A stretch of 64,000 nt of DNA from Podarcis bocagei (Eukaryota), in the NCBI GenBank assembly GCA_964188305.1, contig OZ076889.1; one strand, written 5' to 3'. Positions 53,226 to 64,000 of the stretch are shown one piece after another. Numbering within the stretch: position 1 is the first letter of the stretch; each line of letters opens with the position of its first letter. A program made the translations under genes and the position numbers. The notes beneath the pieces were generated by a model. It was not told the origin of the DNA. It saw only the letters and a program-made list of their open reading frames with translations, and searched no databases.

Positions 53226-54789
53226 CTGGAGGGAAAGATATACAGTACAGGATGAAGATTTAAAAAGTGGAGTCTTTTTATATTCTTTCCAATGCAAACT
53301 TGCCATCAAATTTGAAAAATAACTACTCACATACTCAAGACAGCAGATCAAATATTACTTGCCAAAGTAGTTTGTATTAAGCATGCAACACTGGCACAGA
53401 AAGACCACAAATAGCAGGACCTCCATGAAGCCAGGCATTTCTCTTCCACCATTGTGAAGGTTCACATTACCAGAAAGATCAGAGACCAAAGAATGATCCA
53501 GGATGCTGGAAGACTAAGCTAAAACAGAAATAGTCCTCACCAGCTATCAGCATGGGAGACTACTGGAACTCCAACATAAGAGCCATATTAATAAGGAAAT
53601 AACATTTAAGAAGATAGATCCAAGGAAATGAAATTTATTTTCTTGATCTGATTTTCTCTGTGTCCATATCCCACTCCAATCTCATAGCAACACAGAGATA
53701 GTGCAGCGTCAAGTAGCTGCATATTGTTTTTAGGATGGAGAGGATGGGATCAATAGTCTTTTGGCAACAGTCAAAAGGAATAGGCATCCATTGGCCTAAC
53801 TCAATTTAGATTTACCCCACTCCACCTTGGTCTTTCAAGTCTCAAATACAAGCATAGATTATGTCTGTACACAGATTGGTCTAGATGGGCCAATATACCT
53901 TCAAGAATGACATTCTGGATACAGATTGTTAAAAATCCTGCCAGATTCAAATATTCTAGGCAGCTGGGAATAAAATTTGTATAACAAATTAAGTAGTCAC
54001 TACATATAGAACTATGGGTATTTTTTACTTACTTGTTCTATTAAGATACCATGTTTCAGCCAAGACTCCCAACACATAATCCAAAATTTAAAACTACTAA
54101 AAAACACCCACTACAAAAAGAAACCAGTTGTACATAATATACAACAGAATTCTCTCAGGCAGACTAATGGTTCATTCAGGAGCTGCTGGAATGGGCTCTC
54201 TGGCCTGTGCTTCCTCACTTCTGTCTTCCTTCAAGACACACAGGACTTTAAGTATCCCCAGTGAAGATGGGGAAAGGGCTTCTCCCCCTTCTTCAGGCCA
54301 CTGATATGTCTCTTCAGGAGCTGATGGCATTCCTGTGCGTGATCACAGGCAATGGCTAGCCTGGTAAGCTCAACAACAAACCATGACTGGCAAGCAGAGG
54401 GTGGAGAGCTGAAGAAGTGGAAAATAGAAAGGTGTGCATGAAGGCATGGTACTTTAAAAAAGAACACACAGGCATGGGAGGGAAGTGCACTCTAATATGT
54501 CACATCACAGCAGCCATACCGCAGAGGGAAAAAGTCTATGCTTGCAAAGAGCAGAGGAGAGGGGTTTCATTCAGGAGCCAAGAGCAGACTGCAAGCAGAG
54601 AATAACCCCTAACACAAACAATCCTGTGGTACCAAAAGCGGCTGCTCCCAAAGCCCCACTTCCTCATACGTTTCTTATTTTTGCTTTGAGAAGAATTATT
54701 TTTTAAAAAAATTGGTACATTTCTGAACAACAAAGTCATTGTAGCCCTGCCTGCAAGACAGGTTTTTATTACAGCATAGAGACAGGAGG

Positions 54790-55030
54790 GGGGAGCACGG
54801 AGGTAGAGGTCGATGGGTCATAGCCCAGCTTGGCGGTGCTGCAAACAGCATGTGGGTTCCACTGAGCTGTCAACACCGCAGCCGTAAATCAAGACTCTGG
54901 CTTCCAAAGGGCGGCTGTGCTCTCCCCAGTCAGCAGAGGCACTTGCAGGGTGTGTCCCAGAGAAAGAACCGCTTGTTAATTTTCCACATTTCCAGCTATA
55001 AAGAACAAAGTTACTTTCCGTCAGGCATTT
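54790..55030. promoter_or_regulatory. Candidate PBX-HOX/MEIS enhancer
   Basis: CTGTCA (54867-54872) 10 nt from CGTAAATCA (54883-54891); 8 CpG. Confidence 0.45.
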
Positions 55031-57699
55031 AAACCTTACATACTGTACCGTACTCTCTCTGTTTGGAGGAGCAGCTGATTTTCAACACATGGATCAAATT
55101 AGTGTGTGCACACTTACCCGTATACAATATAATTGCATACACCATGGCATGTAAATGCAAGACAGAGACTGTATTGTTGTAGCTACGAATGAGACTGATG
55201 CATAACTTAAACATGGGCACAACCTAGTTTTGCAGTGTAGATAGATATGCATGTGTGCTACGTGCAACGCATATGGACACACATTGTAAACAAGAGTATC
55301 TACACACATGTTACAAAGTGATCTCATGAATATCTCTTATGCATACACCATATCTGGGAACACAGCAGGGATGTTTGCAAGTAATTTTATTTCTACGACA
55401 GTATTCAGCACAATTATAAGGAAGAACATACTCATCACACAGCTATGAAAAACACATGAGCAATTTTTAAAATGTATTTTAATATTACAAAGTTTCGATA
55501 TGATCTGTGTTGCATACTGCATATACATCAGATATACCATGCATGTAAACTTTAAAGGTTAGCATCACTATAGGTTTGAAAGCACACCATATGTGCGTCT
55601 TTAAGGCAGACACCCAATTTTTTTCCAGCTGACTTTACATTAAGACACCACACAGATGTCCAAAGGATACCAGGTGTTTTATTACAGTTTCACTAAATGC
55701 TAAAAGAAGTGCAAGATTGCAAACACAGTCTTTAGAAGCAGCTTATTGGCTAAAAAGCAACAAAGTTACAGACACTTCCTCAGTCACACAAAAAGTGCTA
55801 AAAGTCTCTTATAGCAACTTCTCCACCCACCCACAATATCAACAAACCTAATACAATTGTCAGTCATATAAAACTCAAAAACATGCTCCTAAATATGTAC
55901 TTTACAGGACAAACAAGCACTGAAACTGCATTGTGTTCATTTGAGAAGGCATGCAGCAACAATGGAAAATGCCACAGACTAAATAATTTTTAGACTTGGT
56001 GTTTTCAATAAAGTTCACTGGTCTACATGTCAACACATGAAAAGTAAGATATCAACAGTCCATTTCTGTATAAATAGTTCTATAAATCTAAGGTGGTGTG
56101 TGTTGCCTTCTTCGGAAATGAAAGCGATGTTTCCTTGGATTTGCCTACTATACAGGCATCAACCAAAATGACAAAAGAAAACAGTCGCAATGAAATCCCA
56201 TTCAAAATTCAACAGGTTTAAAGTTTCAGCTGCACCATCTGGCTTCCAAATACCTGTGGCAACAGCTCAGACAGCACTTTCATCCTCTTCCAATGTGTAC
56301 AGAACAGCCTGCGCCTTCCCTTTAAAAGCTTCCATTTTGCAGCAATTTTTGCCCAAGGACAGTTGCCCCAAGGAAGGGTGGATTTGACTGCAATTTAAGA
56401 GGGTTGGGTTTTAGTCATGGCACAGTTGTACTGACCTTCCATGTGACGTGGACTGAATCCATTCCGCTCTGTGTCCTTATTGACTAAAGTGTGGATTTAT
56501 AATATCACTGACCTCACAAGAAATAACACCCAACTGAAAAGGTAAGTTCAAGGATTGTTGTAAAATCCTTCCAACAATTTGACAAATGAAGAAATAGAGG
56601 CTCAGAAAAGATAACTGTTCCTTTATAACGCAGAGTAAGAATCAGGAACAAAACTGGAGTCTTATTTCACCTAACTCTCCGACCCTCGGAAAGTCTTTCA
56701 GCACTTCACACGTCTGCTTCCTAATCTCTCTTTCAATGCTTCACTATTTTAATTAATTATGCTTCATTAGTTCAATCAATCAATTAATTAGCCAATCAAA
56801 GTTCAAGAGGAGTCCTACACAAATTGAGGAGAGAAAAGAGCTCTACTACAACACTAGTGCCATAATGATCGGAAGGCCAGCTTGCCAGAAGAAACTGGGA
56901 TGCTGTAGCCAGCTGTATGAAGTCTCCAATAGACCCCATTTTAATTGCATTAGCCACACAACAGTAGCTTTGTTCACAAGGGGACAGCAGGGACAGCCCC
57001 CTGTTTTATGGGCTTTGGGAACCCTGTAAAGTCTGTGTGAGTTTATTAAGCCTGGTAGTGGCTTGTGCTAGAAGAATACGGCTCGTGACGGGTGCCGGAA
57101 CATGTCAAGAGGGCACCAAGCCAGGCTGGTACGCAGGAGACCTGCTGCTCGATTAAGGGGATGCACAGCATGGTGCATGAGAGCCAAGGGAACAGTGGAC
57201 AGAATATAAGAGGCCCACCCCATACAAGCTCTCATGGGGGAATTTAATTCACTCCCTGCTGACTCTCTCACTTTGTTGTGCTCTGAAGCAAGAAATTACA
57301 AGATTTACAGGGAAAAATGACATGGCCTTACAGTCTCACACTGGGGTCTCCCTGTAACAACTATGCAGCTCACCCACAGAAGGCCATACAATCAGGAATG
57401 GGAGAAAAATGAGCAGGGGGGAAAAACACAAAACTAGGACACAGAAGTATACATGGCTCCACTTTTCAAACAGCAAATTCCAACACAGTAGAGACACTTC
57501 TCCATAACTATTTTAAAGTCAACATGCTAGTCATATGTACTGGTAGCCAACATTTTTTTTTTATAGGCAGCATACAATTTTCCAACCACCTGACAATATG
57601 GAAACTAGTAGTTTGCTCTCAATCCATTTAAAAGGAAAGCTCACCCCCACTACTACCACGAAATAGGTAGAAACAGGCATGTGCCTTCAGTTCAAGAAC

Positions 57700-58660
57700 C
57701 TAATTGCCTGGTTATTTGGAAAAGTTTGGATTTTCTCATAAATGTTTAAATGAATTATAATTTTATACCTCTCTCCTAAACTGAAAGTAAGAACAAATGA
57801 AATTCTTTAAGAACCATTTGGTCTGGAACAGGTTACCAGATAGGGCTGCCTTCTGATATATGTTTGGAACCACTGATTGCATGTGCAATCAGTTGGAAGA
57901 GGGCGATTTGTGGTTTTGTTCATTATCAAGTATAATTTAAATTAGCTTTACACATGGATGTGTTATTATTATTCATTAGTAGACCTGAAACACCCAAAGC
58001 AGAATTAATAAAGAGTAATTAATAGCTTGGGTAGACTATTCAGGATATACAAGTAATTGGGCAAAATCTGAATTAATACCAGTGGGCAATTGCAGACAAC
58101 TTACTTTGTATACTAACTGGTGATTTCGTTGGTGCCCAGAGGTCTTAACATAGCTAGGTATTTTGGTTCCAGGAGATATTCATCAAACAATTACACTGAA
58201 TTTGAATCGGTTGATAAAGGTTTTCCAGTGATTTGGAACAATGAGCCTCACTCAAATTTAATATTTGGGGTTAGGTTAATGCACTTTAGATGAATATTTT
58301 GTCATGGATAATAAATATACTATGTGGTGTTTCGTTGCATAATCTCCAAGTATCTTTTCAAAGGACTAATGACATATTTCAGAAGTTTATGCAGGATAAT
58401 TCTACACTACATTTTTCACTTAAGAGAATGCAGCTGCCAATATTGGAAGGAGGCAGATATTAGTTTACATGACAGGGCATATTTGTCAGCATGTACAAAA
58501 GATTGGCAATTTCCCCCCCTTCCTTGAATTCCCCAGCTTGGGCAATTTTAGAGATGGGTTATTTGGCACCCTTATTTAGATGGTTAGTGCTGGGGTCTAG
58601 GTTTCATAAAAGGAAAGATTCTATGCCACGTAACAGACAACTAAACTTGTAAACTGTTGT
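57700..58660 (+). mobile_element. Ancient L1/Tx1-clade LINE ORF2 remnant (reverse transcriptase region)
   Basis: Decayed motifs in the expected order: gggctgccttctg (GCPL-like), aaattagctttacacatggatgtgttatta (KLALYxDD-like), tcaggatatacaagtaattgggcaaaatctgaa (SGYxxNWAKSE), ctaggtatt (LGI), atgaatattttg (MNIL). Confidence 0.7.
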
Positions 58661-58954
58661 TTATAAGTGTTACAAGGTTTTTGGGGGGTGGGGGGGTCAT
58701 ACTCCTCTGATGCCTTGATCCAGCAACTGTTTAAAGCTAATCAAGGCTTCTAATTCCAGGGAATAACCAAACTAGCTTCCTGGTGAGGTGGTGGAGGATT
58801 AAAGGGCTCGGCGTGAGACAGCAAATGGGCGGGGGGCCCTTCTCAACAGAAAAAGCCAGAGTTGAGAGCAGAGTTTACCAGTGATGTGACCTAAAAGTAA
58901 AGCAGCAAGCTAGAGAGAGCCATGTCTGATTTCTGCTGGAATCCAGCAGAAATC

Positions 58955-60587
58955 TGAAGAATTTGGAGCAAATGATTCAGCAAAGGAAACACAGCCCAGA
59001 ATAACTAAGGAGATAGTACAAGAATACTTGGCTAGTTTAGATGTATTCAAGTCTCCAGGGCCAGATGAACTGCATCCAAGAGTATTAAAAGAACTGGCAG
59101 ATGTGATCTCAGAACCACTGGCAGTCATCTTTGAGAATTCCTGGAGAACAGGCGAAGTCCCGGCAAACTGGAGAAGGGCAAATGTTGTCCCTATTTTCAA
59201 AAAGGGGAAAAGAGAGGACCCAAATAATTACCGCCCAGTCAGTCTGACATCAATACCAGGGAAGATTCTGGAGCAGATCATTAAGAAAACAGTCTGTGAA
59301 CACCTAGAAAGGAATGCTGTGATCACCAATAGTCAGCATGGATTTCTGAAAAATAAGTCATGTCAGACTAACCTGATCTCGTTTTTTGACAGAATTACAA
59401 GCCTGGTAGATGAAGGGAACGCAGTGGATATAGCCTACCTTGATTCAGTAAGGCATTTGACAAGGTGCCCCATGATATTCTTGTAAAGAAGCTGGTAAAA
59501 TGCGGTCTTGACTATGCTACCACTCAGTGGATTTGTAACTGGCTGACTGACCGAACCCAAAGGGTGCTCATCAATGGTTCCTCTTCATCCTGGAGAAGAG
59601 TGACTAGTGGGGTGCCACAGGGTTCTGTCTTGGGCCCGGTCTTATTCAACATCTTTGTCAACGACTTGGATGATGGACTCAAGGGCATCCTGATCAAATT
59701 TGCAGATGACACCAAACTGGGAGGGGTGGCTAACACCCCAGAGGACAGGATCACACTTCAAAACGACCTTGACAGATTAGAAAACTGGGCCAAAACAAAC
59801 AAGATGAATTTTAACAGGGAGAAATGTAAAGTATTGCACTTGGGCAAAAAAAAAATGAGAGGCACAAATACAAGATGGGTGACACCTGGCTTGAGAGCAG
59901 TACATGTGAAAAGGATCTAGGAGTCTTGGTTGACCACAAACTTGACATGAGCCAACAGTGTGACGCGGCAGCTAAAAAAGCCAATGCAATTCTGGGCTGC
60001 ATCAATAGGAGTATAGCATCTAGATCAAGGGAAGTAATAGTGCCACTGTATTCTGCTCTGGTCAGACCTCACCTGGAGTACTGTGTCCAGTTCTGGGCAC
60101 CACAATTCAAGAAGGACACTGACAAACTGGAACGTGTCCAGAGGAGGGCAACCAAAATGGTCAAAGGCCTGGAAACGATGCCTTATGAGGAACGGCTAAG
60201 GGAGCTGGGCATGTTTAGCCTGGAGAAGAGGAGGTTAAGGGGTGATATGATAGCCATGTTCAAATATATAAAAGGATGTCACATAGAGGAGGGAGAAAGG
60301 TTGTTTTCTGCTGCTCCAGAGAAGCGGACACGGAGCAATGGAGCCAAACTACAAGAAAGAAGATTCCACCTAAACATTAGGAAGAACTTCCTGACAGTAA
60401 GAGCTGTTCGACAGTGGAATTTGCTGCCAAGGAGTGTGGTGGAGTCTCCTTCTTTGGAGGTCTTTAAGCAGAGGCTTGACAACCATATGTCAGGAGTGCT
60501 CTGATGGTGTTTCCTGCTTGGCAGAGGGTTGGACTCGATGGCCCTTGTGGTCTCTTCCAACTCTATGATTCTATGATTCTATGATTC
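58955..60587 (+). mobile_element. Young 5'-truncated CR1 LINE (ORF2 reverse transcriptase and C-terminus, 3' UTR)
   Basis: Three overlapping ORFs (59028-60504) with [34 protein letters not shown] and WNLLP; two 1-nt frameshifts (about 59445 and the A-run at about 59850); (ATTCTATG)n terminus. Confidence 0.97.
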
Positions 60588-60768
60588 CAAGGCTGTGGGC
60601 AATGGGGTGTTAATAAGGTGAATCCCTCCATTATAGGCTCAGGTTGTATATATGTGTAAATAAACCATAGATCATAAAGACACCACAGTCTCCACTGTCC
60701 CTAATTCCAAAAGGAAACACACAACCTTGGGCAAGCATCTGGAACTCCTGGAATCTCACACGGCTTGG

Positions 60769-60875
60769 GAGGGGAGGAAGTCAATAAATGTATAGTATAA
60801 TAAAAGATGTTTAATTTATAATGTAAAATTTGAAAAATTAATATTATATTATATTATATTATATTATTTAAAAAA
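60769..60875 (+). mobile_element. Very short L1-like 3' end with A/T-rich tail
   Basis: Flanked by 20-bp direct repeats TGGAATCTCACA(CG/AA)GCTTGG (60749-60768, 60876-60895); gggaggaagtcaa start and A-rich tail resemble the L1 3' UTR at 63700-63800. Confidence 0.7.
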
Positions 60876-60921
60876 TGGAATCTCACAAAGCTTGGAGATT
60901 GGTGTGGAGTGCAACAATAAG

Positions 60922-61350
60922 CTCAAGAACTCAGGTGTGGAATAGGGAATTAGAGGGCATCATGCAGCCCAAACAATGAAAATTTGCTTTAGAGTCTGTA
61001 TGGAAAATTTCCTTAGACTTGAAACTGAGACTGATCTAGCAAAAATTAATATTTGAGTATATTAGACTCCACAACATTTGTATAGGAAAGCACTGTCTAA
61101 TGAAGGAAGATGTTGGAGGTATAATGCCCCATACCTGTTTTAAGGACTAAATTCTATCCTTTTAGCCCCTCCTACTACAAGTATTCAATACACAAAGCAC
61201 CTTGGGTCCCAGAGTAATGATTATGCCATTTATTTCCTTTATTAGCCTAACAACAACAAAAACTATTATAAAATTGAAACTGATCAATAACATGAAACAA
61301 ACTTGCTGGTAAAGAGTTCTGTAGATAAAAGCACAAAGAGACAAAGGGCT
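60922..61350 (+). mobile_element. Continuation of the ancient L1/Tx1 ORF2 (C-terminal region)
   Basis: tggaaaatttccttagacttgaaactgagactgatc (WKISLDLKLRLI), actccacaacatttg (TPQHL), agatgttggagg (RCWR): the decayed TP..L...CWRC motif. Confidence 0.6.
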
Positions 61351-61669
61351 AGGCATGGGGATGTAGGTTTTAACAAGGAATGAAAAATTAGAGGAATGCA
61401 AATAATCAGTAATAGAATATGGAAATGATAAGCAAGAGCTAGAAAATGAATGTATCTGAAGATAAGAGAACCTTCAATGCAAAGATGGAAAAAGGTAACA
61501 AGTGAAGCTAAATATATATTCAGAAACATGATATATTTGCATGCAGAAAAAATAAGATGGGTAATAGATCCCCAAATAAAAACTAAGTGATATTCTACAT
61601 CAGAGTAACCCCATTGACTTCAATTTATCTACTCTGAGTATGACCAACACTGAATAATACACTCAATAG

Positions 61670-63400
61670 GTTGAAGCAATGATCAACTAAAACAATAAGC
61701 AAAGCGGGACAAAATAATGGAACCAAGCATGGGCACAATTAACAAGAAAATGTTATTAAAATTGTTGTTTTCTGACAACTGAAAATTACAAGACTAATGT
61801 TGACATCTGAGAGGAAAGAAGGAATTGGAAGAGAACATTTGTTTATTTGTTTGTTTATAATCATTTATAGTCCACTCTTCTTCCCCAAGGATCCCTAAGA
61901 TCTCTATCTTGAGGAGAAGAAGTAGTAATCACATGATCAATAGATAAAGAAATGGAAAGAGAAGAGTCCAGAGGAAAAATATGATATTCTCTTTGAAAGA
62001 TTTGGGTTCAGAGAATGAGAAAGCCATGAGGAAATAAGAAGACAAGATGAAAAATTAACAAAAGAAGAGAAAAGATCAGAGACAGAAAGTAACACAACAT
62101 TGTCACCATGAACATGATTATTATAACCAAAAAATAAGACATGGACAAGAATAAAAAGCAAGGTGATTAAAATAGAACATTTAAAAACATTGGTAGACAG
62201 AGGAAGAGGACAAGGAAACAAAAGAACCATTAATGGAAATGTGGCAAGTATGGTTAGATAGATAAGACAAAAATGAAGAGAATGACCAAAAGTATTGAGA
62301 GGACAGAACAAGAAGAACAAGGACAGATCAAGATGAATAGACTATTAGCACTCTTCACTTGACTGATAATTAAATAAAGTAAAAGTAGCTTCTGCTGAGT
62401 GGTAAGAACAAACAAAAAACTGATGAAGATCAAATAGAGTTAGGTAAAAGAAAAACCAACAAATGAAAGAAAACATATTCAACCAGTTTAGAAAGAAAGA
62501 AAATAAGATAAATTAAATGATTGTCAACAGAATCAGTTAGTGATAAGGGAAAGCTTGCCAAAACGTTACAAAAATATAGGTAATGGTAAGATCTCTAGAA
62601 ACCTTTTTAAGGGAAAAAGACAAAACAGGAATAAAAGAACCAAAGGTCTTTTTGGATGAAGACAAACAGAAAGACCATTCAAAGAAACAGGGGGTAAAGG
62701 AAAAAGAAGGCAGCAGAGAGGTTCCAAAAAGAAAGGGGAAAAGAAGCAAATGCCATAAATATCAGAAATAAACAGCAGTTGATTTATATCACAAAAAATG
62801 ACCAAGACTCTGAGGAGCTGAGTGAGAGAAAGAAGAAAAAAGGTAGCACAATAATTTAACAACTGAAGAGAGACAATGAGCATTGTGGAAAAATCAGTTT
62901 TGAATATTGCCTAACAGGGGAAAAGGGTGAGCGTTAAGTCTAGACTTCTAAAAAACCAGTGTGCTCAGGACCTGCGCCATTAACGTGCAAGTTGTCTAAT
63001 ATATGAATGAAGAGACTAGAAGTAAGAAGTACTGTAAGCCAAGGCTGAGAAAGAAAGGATTATGAGACCAGGCAGAAGAATAAATTATAGTAGAAAGAAC
63101 GGAGCTAAATAGTGAAACCGCCTTATTAGGAGAAGATGAAGAGAGAGAAAACAGGAGGTAATTGCAAAGAAATCCTTCAAGAGAAGGGTTTCATCTAGGA
63201 TCACAGAGTAGAATCGAGGAGAGTAAAAGCAAGCAAGTGGTGATCAGAAAAAAAAGAATGAAAGCAAAAGCAGCAAAACAAGAAAGTTTATTGCAATATC
63301 TGAAAGATCAACTAGGTTACTCTACTAGGAGAGATGACAGAACATACTGCACTACCTCTTCCTCTGCCTTTCAGTACCAAAAGTTAGAGATGCAGGATAC
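61670..63400 (+). other. Strongly A/G-skewed low-complexity region, probably a decayed LINE body
   Basis: Persistent purine (mainly A) strand bias for about 1.7 kb with no long ORF; family not identifiable by eye. Confidence 0.35.
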
Positions 63401-63699
63401 TTCCTGGTAGGGGCTTAAGAATGTTGACAAGAATGTTGACAAGAGTTTCATAGAGATGCCATGAAGAGGATGGTCAGATCGTGAGAAGGATTTAGAAGAG
63501 CTTGGGGAGTTGGTGCTGGATGATCCTGGATGATCTTGAGTGGGAGGGGGGTCCTAGCAGATTAGGGGAGGTGAAGTAAGGACCCCCAGAAGTGTCTGGT
63601 GGGATCAAGTGGGTTGGCAGAGGAGTATTCAATCCCCTAACATCAGACATCCCTAGCGAGATACCACTGTTGTGGAGCTGTCTTTGGACTCTCCTGTCA

Positions 63700-64000
63700 C
63701 TTTTTTATATATTTTATTTTCTCTTTTTATAACAACAATAATTTTCATACATATTCAATCCAAATTTACTTGATTGACCTCCCCCCGTTTCCATTTCCCC
63801 CCTTTTATTTCCCTTGGATCTAGTTATTTTTCCACATAATTTCAAATTCTTTTTCATATCCTAATTCTATTTTCAGTTCATAAATGTTACAACAATCCTG
63901 CTAATGTTTCCACATTTTTACAGTGTTCTTTAAAGCAATCTATTAAAAAAAATCCATTCTTGATTAAATTTTTCCTCATCTTGGTACCTGACCTTCCCAG
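63700..64000 (-). mobile_element. L1 LINE 3' end (ORF2 C-terminus, 3' UTR, poly-A) running off the window
   Basis: Reverse strand reads GKVRYQDEEKFNQEW...HCKNVETLAGLL*, then a G-rich UTR and A-rich tail (T-runs from 63700). Confidence 0.8.

Larger units (their letters stand above)
58668..60916 (+). mobile_element. Solo LTR (about 480 bp net) interrupted by two later insertions
   Basis: TGTTAC...GCAACA termini; 5-bp TSD ATAAG at 58663-58667 and 60917-60921; AATAAA at 60659-60664. Confidence 0.8.

Overview
Vertebrate genomic DNA. The repeat families point to a squamate reptile, most likely a lacertid lizard. The whole window lies inside one minus-strand gene, FOXP4. Ten consecutive coding exons (53225 down to 2416) have canonical GT-AG boundaries and matching phases. 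They splice to 1212 nt (404 codons) covering the Q-rich region, C2H2 zinc finger, leucine zipper and the start of the forkhead domain. The first coding exon and the rest of the forkhead domain were not found and should lie outside the window. The introns contain hAT- and Tc1/mariner-type MITEs with target-site duplications (TSDs), tRNA-derived SINEs, L2/BovB/L1 fragments and microsatellites. They also hold a nested retroelement stack at about 57.7-61.4 kb (old L1 > solo LTR > young CR1 plus a short L1-like tail) and several CpG-retaining, motif-dense blocks that look like developmental enhancers. I see no evidence of a wholly new biological system. The best leads concern FOXP4 regulation: an intact, splice-junction-spanning PLNLV motif with a tandem acceptor; inverted MITE pairs bracketing exon blocks (possible back-splicing); an 80-bp hairpin MITE; candidate PBX-HOX/MEIS enhancers; and a possible internal promoter. 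Coordinates were read by eye, and family names come from recognition rather than database searches.
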